Shown here in pieces: positions 14,480-19,385 of a DNA stretch of 19,385 bases. A program made the position numbers and the translations under genes. Source of the DNA: a virus. Taxonomy: Duplodnaviria > Heunggongvirae > Uroviricota > Caudoviricetes. The notes under the pieces were generated by a model that was not told the origin of the DNA, did no database searches, and saw nothing but the letters and a program-made list of their open reading frames with translations. How positions within the stretch are numbered: the stretch's first letter is position 1; each line of letters opens with the position of its first letter. The stretch is taken from the IMG/VR virus record IMGVR_UViG_3300020034_000006, positions 64,001 through 83,385 of that record. The stretch is one strand, 5' to 3'.

Positions 14480-14493
14480 TCAAGACGCGACCA

Positions 14494-14880
14494 TCATGAG
14501 ACAGCGACCAGCTCCCGACGGGGGCCAGACTGTCGCTCGGTATCGGCTCTGCTCGACCGCCTCGCTGCTGCTCGCTGTTCTCTCTTCATGTACTCTGCCT
14601 CGCCTCGTTCTTTCCTCATCTGGAATCGCTCCAGAGGGGTAGGCGGCGCTTCATCCTCCGAATACTTGTAACCGTCGGGGTACGACGATGCCTGATAGAA
14701 GCTGCGAGTATTGCCATGCTCGGTGATCATTCGACATACGACCACTCCACAAACCTGGCATCGCTCGCTGAAGTAGTCCACCCACGGGAAACACGTGTTC
14801 GGCAGGTAGTCGGTGGGCATCCAGTCCCAGTCCAGGTGACGGCCGTTGGACCTGCATGGAAACGCGTCGATCTTAACCAT
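14494..14880 (-). CDS. Hypothetical Zn-binding phage protein (128 aa)
   Basis: C....H...CQVCG...YPDGY pattern seen in actinophage proteins; AGGAGG RBS. Confidence 0.7.
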   Translation of the reverse strand: MVKIDAFPCRSNGRHLDWDWMPTDYLPNTCFPWVDYFSERCQVCGVVVCRMITEHGNTRSFYQASSYPDGYKYSEDEAPPTPLERFQMRKERGEAEYMKREQRAAARRSSRADTERQSGPRRELVAVS

Positions 14881-14954
14881 CAGCCGATTGATCCTCCTGT
14901 TGACCCATTAGTCTCTTCCTCTTTACTGGTTGTCGGGTTCCTGGCGCGCAGATC

Positions 14955-15170
14955 TCAGCGGCCTGGCTCGCTCCGGGGGCCACGCTTGCCCGGCGCCCGC
15001 GGGACCGTGGCGGGTTCGGGCAGGATGCATGCGGCGCAGTAGTCGAGCCGGTTGTAGATCGAGAGGCGGGTCTCGCACCCCTCGTTCCGGCAGATTCGAC
15101 CGGCCTCGCTTCGTTGGGGGGGCGATCCGCCGGGGATTGCCCTCCCCCCTCCATCAGCTTGATCGATCAT
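14955..15170 (-). CDS. Small Zn-finger protein (GRICRNEGCETRLSIYNRLDYCAAC, 71 aa)
   Basis: Four-Cys motif; preceded by TGGTAATCT extended -10-like element. Confidence 0.65.
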   Translation of the reverse strand: MIDQADGGGRAIPGGSPPQRSEAGRICRNEGCETRLSIYNRLDYCAACILPEPATVPRAPGKRGPRSEPGR

Positions 15171-15197
15171 CGATCGCGAAGATTACCAGGGCATGCA

Positions 15198-15226
15198 AGG
15201 GCCCGCCGGGATAGCCGGCGGGCCCT
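15198..15226 (-). terminator. 12-bp hairpin after the SGNH gene
   Basis: AGGGCCCGCCGG/CCGGCGGGCCCT with 5-nt loop, 8 nt after the stop. Confidence 0.6.
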
Positions 15227-15233
15227 CTAGCTC

Positions 15234-15959
15234 CTACACGCCCACGAGGGCCATCGTCAGGGCTGCCTCGCTGGTCGTGGTGGTCGACTCGGGCACGGTC
15301 GTCGTCGTGGGGGGCGGGGGCGGTGGTGGCCAGGGGCACGTAGCAGCCGCCTGGCGCATCGAGGCAGCGTAGGCCAGGACGCCGGTGGTGTTCATGTGCA
15401 GCTTGTCGCTCGGCAGGTTCAGCCACTCGGGGTGCCCGAGAGCAGCGAGGTCCCAGCGCCAGACGATCATGTTCGGCCACTGCCCGCTCTCGGCCATGCG
15501 CAGCAGCTCGTCGTTGAACCAGCGGGTGCGGGAGGAGTACGGGGTGCCCCGCAGGTCCCCGCCGGTCGTGTTGAGAGTGAACCAGACCTGCGCTCGTGCG
15601 TCGGACAGCTCGTCTGCCGCGGCGTGCATGTCGACCTCGGTCTGCTGGTGCACCTCGTTGCTGATGTCGTTGGTGCCCAGCTCCATGATCACGCAGTCGT
15701 TCTCGCCGACGAGCGGGAGCGATGCGGAGTGGTTGTTGATCTGGGTACCGCCGGCCGCTACGTAGCACACGGGGCCGTCGTGATCGGCTGCCAGCCCGGG
15801 CTTGACAGTCGTCTCGGCGAATGCCCCGAGGCTGTCGCCTCGGACCACCAGACGAGGGCCGGGCTCTGGAGGGCAGTTCAAGTCAGCAGGAAGGTCGTAG
15901 CAACCGGCGGCCATCACCACTACCACGATCGCCATTGCCATGAGAAGGAAGCGTGTCAT
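15234..15959 (-). CDS. SGNH/GDSL hydrolase lipoprotein with Pro/Thr tail (241 aa)
   Basis: Lipobox AAGC (Cys20); blocks GDSLG, AAGG, LGTND and DKLH all present. Confidence 0.85.
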   Translation of the reverse strand: MTRFLLMAMAIVVVVMAAGCYDLPADLNCPPEPGPRLVVRGDSLGAFAETTVKPGLAADHDGPVCYVAAGGTQINNHSASLPLVGENDCVIMELGTNDISNEVHQQTEVDMHAAADELSDARAQVWFTLNTTGGDLRGTPYSSRTRWFNDELLRMAESGQWPNMIVWRWDLAALGHPEWLNLPSDKLHMNTTGVLAYAASMRQAAATCPWPPPPPPPTTTTVPESTTTTSEAALTMALVGV

Positions 15960-16249
15960 CCTCTTGCCTCAATTGCTGCGTCGATAGCATCGGCAAGCGT
16001 GGTGATGAACAGCTTCGACCAGCGCACGTAGTCGTCTCGCGTGATCCCACGGCTGGTCTCCTGCTCGTGGTTCCGTAGCCACGCCAGGACAGCAACCGCC
16101 TCTTGTAGTTCCGGGTCTCGCAGCTTGATGACAGCGTTGCTGATCGCTTCTTCGGTCGTCTTCGGGGGGAACAGGGCTTCCAAATCAATGTCGGAGTCGA
16201 TGGAACGCGCTAGCGCCCCCAACACTCCGACGGGGGGATGCGATATCAC
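15956..16249 (-). CDS. Hypothetical helical protein (up to 97 aa; start uncertain)
   Basis: ATGA overlap with the SGNH start; amphipathic helices. Confidence 0.6.
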   Translation of the reverse strand: MISHPPVGVLGALARSIDSDIDLEALFPPKTTEEAISNAVIKLRDPELQEAVAVLAWLRNHEQETSRGITRDDYVRWSKLFITTLADAIDAAIEARG

Positions 16250-16280
16250 ATCGTAAGCTTACCGGAGCGCAGACGCGAAA

Positions 16281-16315
16281 GGAGGCCGGCATCGCCCTCC
16301 TCGGCGCCGGCCTCC
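16281..16315 (-). terminator. Hairpin after the HU gene
   Basis: GGAGGCCGGC/GCCGGCCTCC 10-bp stem, followed by TTTCG on the minus strand. Confidence 0.55.
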
Positions 16316-16353
16316 CCTCTGCCAGTCGGGTTCCGCAACCCGTGCCAGCGACC

Positions 16354-16635
16354 TCAGCCGCTGGCGGCCACCGCTTCACTGAGCTTCTTGAACGGGGTCA
16401 CCTTGACCACCCTCTTGGCGGGGACGGTGATCTTCTCGGTGGTCCCGGGCTTGACGGCCTGGCGCTCGGGGCGATCCTTGACCTCGAACTTGAGAAGGCC
16501 AAGCCACTGGATGCCTTCGCCCTTGCTCAGGGTGTCGTTGATGGTGTTCTCCAACTCCTCGAACACCCTGGTGATGTCGGCATGGGTCAGGCCACTGGCG
16601 CCAGTGACGGCCTTAATGAGTTCGCTTCGGTTCAC
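16354..16635 (-). CDS. hup: HU/IHF-family histone-like DNA-binding protein (93 aa)
   Basis: GTG with AGGAG RBS; MNRSELIKAV...GLT...L..GE.I...G..KFEVKDRPERQAVKPGTTEKITVPAKRVVK..P.KKL. Confidence 0.92.
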   Translation of the reverse strand: MNRSELIKAVTGASGLTHADITRVFEELENTINDTLSKGEGIQWLGLLKFEVKDRPERQAVKPGTTEKITVPAKRVVKVTPFKKLSEAVAASG

Positions 16636-16651
16636 GGTGCGTCTCCTGTTC

Positions 16652-17023
16652 TCAGCCGGTGAAGCTTGGGTTCGCCACGACGGGAGCGGCGGGCTCGGCG
16701 GGCGCAGGGGCCGGGTCGCCACTCGGCGGCTCAGGGGCCGCGGTAGTCGTCGTCGTGGCTGGGGTCGGTCCATCGTCCTCGCATCCCACGCCATCGTTGT
16801 CGGCGTCGAGGCCGAAGTCGTCGGGGCCGTTCACGGCGACCGGGCCGGCGAGGTCATCGCAGTTGATGTCGCCCACGCCGTTGGGCACACAGGGGTCGTA
16901 GCTGGGGTGGCAGTTCCCCTGGTCGGGGCCCTGCTGGGCACTCGCGGGGCTGCCGGTCATTGAGAGGGCGGCGACCACGGCCACGAGGGCCAGCAGAAGT
17001 CCGCCTAGCTTGAGCTGCTTCAT
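16652..17023 (-). CDS. Secreted Excalibur calcium-binding-domain protein (123 aa)
   Basis: Signal peptide ending ASA/QQ; CHPSYDPCVP..DINC...GLDADNDGVGCE; Thr/Pro linker; C-terminal PSFTG. Confidence 0.8.
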   Translation of the reverse strand: MKQLKLGGLLLALVAVVAALSMTGSPASAQQGPDQGNCHPSYDPCVPNGVGDINCDDLAGPVAVNGPDDFGLDADNDGVGCEDDGPTPATTTTTAAPEPPSGDPAPAPAEPAAPVVANPSFTG

Positions 17024-17035
17024 GGGCGGAGCACG

Positions 17036-17251
17036 CTAGCACCCGAAGAACAGGTGACGGTGCGTTCGCAGATTGTCGCCGCACTGGACCGGCGCAACGT
17101 CGAGGTCAACGATGAGCGACCACGGACAGGAATCGAGGCCAGTGGGTAGCTCGGTGTTGAGGCGAACTGTGGCTTCGTCGTCGCTGAGAGAGGTGCACAC
17201 CTGGGCATAAAGAAGACTCCACCTCAAGATGGCGAACTCGTCAGAAGACAT
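17036..17251 (-). CDS. Small hypothetical phage protein (71 aa; CTSLSDDEAT.RLN.E.PTG...C...HRHLFF.C)
   Basis: ATG 17251 overlaps the upstream stop; motif resembles a small actinophage family. Confidence 0.6.
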   Translation of the reverse strand: MSSDEFAILRWSLLYAQVCTSLSDDEATVRLNTELPTGLDSCPWSLIVDLDVAPVQCGDNLRTHRHLFFGC

Positions 17252-17555
17252 CGTCCAGGTCGGCATAGTCAGCGCATGCATCGCCGATGTCGCCCATCAC
17301 CTCAGCGGACGGCAGAGCTTCCATGTCACCGAACGCCACGATGTCTTCCACGAAGTCCTTATCAGGTGACTCCTGCCCTTCGAGCACGAGGCTCGCTATC
17401 TCAAAGCGCACTTCCTCCTGATCGACCTCGCCTGCCGCTATGCGGTTGGCGAGGTCGTCCATGCCTCCACAGAAGGCTTCCTTGCCGGTATCGCTGGCTT
17501 CCAGGCCGCATGCCGCCAGCAACACGACCAGAACCACTGCCGCTAACACTCTCAT
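17241..17555 (-). CDS. Small acidic lipoprotein (104 aa)
   Basis: MRVLAAVVLVVLLAAC lipobox (Cys16); two further Cys could form a disulfide. Confidence 0.75.
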   Translation of the reverse strand: MRVLAAVVLVVLLAACGLEASDTGKEAFCGGMDDLANRIAAGEVDQEEVRFEIASLVLEGQESPDKDFVEDIVAFGDMEALPSAEVMGDIGDACADYADLDDVF

Positions 17556-17815
17556 GGTACAACGCCGATCTCTGACTCGTTCATGGGTGGTACGTAGTTG
17601 TCACAGTGGCCGCTGTTCAGACAGCGGTAAAACTTGCCCGGTATACGCCGGCTAGTGCCTTTCCAGCGACCACCGAACCTTTGCAATATTCCTAGCTTGC
17701 CTTCGCTTTCATGATCTGCATCTGCGCAACCGCAGTTAGCGCAATCCCCTTGACCACTACTCGTTACAGGGACCCCACGACCGAGACCCCGAAGAAAGTC
17801 ACCTTTGAGTGTCAC
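17552..17815 (-). CDS. Zn-finger-like hypothetical protein (87 aa)
   Basis: CANCGC...H...C...HC; 4-nt overlaps on both sides. Confidence 0.6.
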   Translation of the reverse strand: MTLKGDFLRGLGRGVPVTSSGQGDCANCGCADADHESEGKLGILQRFGGRWKGTSRRIPGKFYRCLNSGHCDNYVPPMNESEIGVVP

Positions 17816-18264
17816 TCGCCGCTCCTATGGTCATCAATCTCATCGCCCCAGTGTTGACGCAGTCCCAGCTTTACAAACCAATCCCACACAGCCAAGGCAT
17901 CTTCTCTTAGAGACATACCTGCTGCTTCTCGCAGCTCGTTGCAATGTCCCCTGTATTCGCACTCGCCCCGGATATGGAAGATGCTCCCGGTAGCAGAGCG
18001 GAGCCGGCACTCTCTGTGCAGAGGTAGGAGTTCAAACGTGCACCCATTCGGCCCTCGGCCACCAGTGATGTCGAGGAAGCCGCGATCACCCTCGACAACC
18101 TCCTCTATGCAGAACCAGCAGCGCTTGCCGACCGGCGTCTCCGTTTGGCGGGCGCCTACGAGATCGGCAGTACCCCAGTGCTCGCCGAAGTAGAGCGTGG
18201 TGATCAATCCTCTTCCTCGCCTCGTGGGTCTGATAGGCTCAGTCGCGTACGCGACCCCTTGCAT
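17812..18264 (-). CDS. Cys/His-rich hypothetical phage protein (150 aa)
   Basis: YFGEHW...TPVGKRCWFC.E.VVEGDRG...HREC.LR...GS..H..G.C...MSLREDALAVW; TAGGTT 6 nt before the ATG. Confidence 0.75.
   Translation of the reverse strand: MQGVAYATEPIRPTRRGRGLITTLYFGEHWGTADLVGARQTETPVGKRCWFCIEEVVEGDRGFLDITGGRGPNGCTFELLPLHRECRLRSATGSIFHIRGECEYRGHCNELREAAGMSLREDALAVWDWFVKLGLRQHWGDEIDDHRSGE
18242..18255. promoter_or_regulatory. Perfect 14-bp palindrome GTCGCGTACGCGAC, candidate operator
   Basis: Loop-less perfect palindrome 10-23 nt into the leftward gene, beside the divergent GntR gene. Confidence 0.35.
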
Positions 18265-18317
18265 GGCGGGAACCTAGCCGGGGCCGCTGTGAGTGGCCGA
18301 TGCTAGCGTCCCCGGGG

Positions 18318-18704
18318 ATGAGCGACGCCTACCGGCCGGTGTACCGGCGGATCGCCGACTCCCTGCGAACGGCGATCGAGTCGGGCGACCTCGCCCCCGG
18401 CGACAAGCTGCCCAGCGAGGCCGAGCTGATGACTCAGTGGGGCCGCTCACTTGGCACCGTACGCCAGGCCCTCGCCGTGCTGCGTAACGAGGGCCTGGTC
18501 GCTCCCAGGCATGGTCGTGGCGTCTTCGTCCTCGGCAGGGAGAACTTCGAGCACCTGTTGCCGGCGCTCACCAAGGCCATCGCCGTCGCCGAGAGGGACG
18601 ACCTCAATCTGGTCCTCGACCTCATCATCGCTCGGGTGAGGCTGATCAGGCAGGCCGAGGCTAGTAAGGAGTCGGCCCAGCCGCCTCGATCTCGGCCCTC
18701 GTGA
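18318..18704 (+). CDS. GntR-family wHTH transcriptional regulator (128 aa), the only plus-strand gene
   Basis: PVYRRIADSLRTAIESGDLAPGDKLPSEAEL...GRSLGTVRQALAVLRNEGLV...HGRGVFV; short helical C-terminus. Confidence 0.93.
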   Translation: MSDAYRPVYRRIADSLRTAIESGDLAPGDKLPSEAELMTQWGRSLGTVRQALAVLRNEGLVAPRHGRGVFVLGRENFEHLLPALTKAIAVAERDDLNLVLDLIIARVRLIRQAEASKESAQPPRSRPS

Positions 18705-19116
18705 GCAGCCGGTGCCGTTTCCTCTCTGGCACGGTCCTCATCTGATGGTCGGTGAACGGCCCGATGACGACCACCTCTCCGCCGGGGTTGCAGTTCTTGG
18801 CCAGGGCGAAGGTGTGGGCTAGTTCCATTCGAGGGGCCTCGACGTAGCAGCCACCAAGGAAGCCGCGGGTGTCGGCGAAGGACAGGTACCACCAGGGCCA
18901 CGTCGCACACGTCCAGTGAATCGGCAGGCCCTCGGTGCGGTACGCCCTGCCGGCGGCCGCTCTCTCCTGCTGCTCTGGGTCCTCTGGTGGCAGGAGGTCG
19001 AGCTTGACGTAGTCGCCAGCGTTGAAGCCCTTGAGGCAGCGGCCGCATGGTGTGTCCCCGGTGACGAGCGGGTGGTCGGCGGCCAGGGGGCCCATCTTGG
19101 TGGGTGCGGGGTCCAT
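18661..19116 (-). CDS. Two-module hypothetical phage protein (151 aa)
   Basis: ATG 19116 lies 7 nt after TAGGCT; N-module GP.AADHP....PCGRC...HWTC; C-module WWYLSFAD..GFLG....CNPGGEV. Confidence 0.7.
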   Translation of the reverse strand: MDPAPTKMGPLAADHPLVTGDTPCGRCLKGFNAGDYVKLDLLPPEDPEQQERAAAGRAYRTEGLPIHWTCATWPWWYLSFADTRGFLGGCYVEAPRMELAHTFALAKNCNPGGEVVVIGPFTDHQMRTVPERKRHRLLTRAEIEAAGPTPY

Positions 19117-19157
19117 CGAGGGGAGCCTACACGCAGGCGCGAGGGCGCGCCCGCGTG

Positions 19158-19187
19158 CGTATACAGGCTGGATACCCCCTCTGTCAA
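19158..19187 (-). promoter_or_regulatory. Candidate leftward promoter with perfect -35 TTGACA
   Basis: TTGACA-N18-TATACG; the -10 is imperfect; flanked by ATACCCCC direct repeats. Confidence 0.4.
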
Positions 19188-19246
19188 GGGGTTCTTGGCG
19201 AGGCATACCCCCCGTTACCGCCGGTATCTGACACGCACGTCACGCA

Positions 19247-19343
19247 TATGCATCCAGGCGGATATGCAGGGCTATGCATCCAGAGCCCTCTGACCAGGGC
19301 TTATGCACGCCTGGTGCAGCTAGTTCTGCATGACTATGCACGC
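19247..19343. repeat. Array of five TATGCA motifs (TATGCATCCA x2, TATGCACGC x2)
   Basis: Starts at 19247, 19263, 19273, 19302 and 19335 in a non-coding stretch. Confidence 0.7.
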
Positions 19344-19385
19344 ACGTGTGTAAGAATCGCATACCATACAGGACCAAGCGTCCCA

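Noticed and set aside
15285-15330. GGC/GTC-rich simple repeats (also 9830-9850 and 16740-16760)
   Set aside because: They simply encode Pro/Thr linkers.
19240-19365. CRISPR array
   Set aside because: Repeats are only 6-10 bp with irregular short spacing; no cas genes.
1-19385. tRNA, rRNA, integrase, IS or intron/intein
   Set aside because: No cloverleaf, rRNA-like stretch, recombinase or transposase motifs seen; TerL, portal and capsid have ordinary lengths with no intein motifs.

Overview
High-GC tailed-phage or prophage segment, read almost entirely on the minus strand. From right to left it contains: (i) an accessory and regulatory region (13.6-19.4 kb) with a lone plus-strand GntR-family regulator, many small Cys-rich ORFs, a MerR-type HTH, an HU-like protein and three exported proteins (SGNH lipoprotein, Excalibur-domain protein, small lipoprotein); (ii) a non-coding control region at about 13.4-13.6 kb; (iii) a translationally coupled packaging block (HNH, small ORFs, P27-type TerS, two Zn-finger ORFs, TerL); (iv) an HK97-type head module (Sm-like ORF, portal, prohead protease, major capsid); and (v) a siphovirus tail module (adaptor, tail terminator, tail tube, gp10-like protein, tail assembly chaperone with a -1 frameshift, 5' part of the tape measure). 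An actinobacterial host is an inference from GC content, TANNNT leaderless-type starts and protein style. The least routine observations are a GT-A glycosyltransferase-like gene directly after the capsid gene, an SSB/OB-fold-like gene inside the tail operon, an Sm/LSm-like gene before the portal, and terminator-like hairpins inside the late operon (including one just before the capsid gene) that suggest antitermination control. All family assignments are by motif recognition only; no database search was run.
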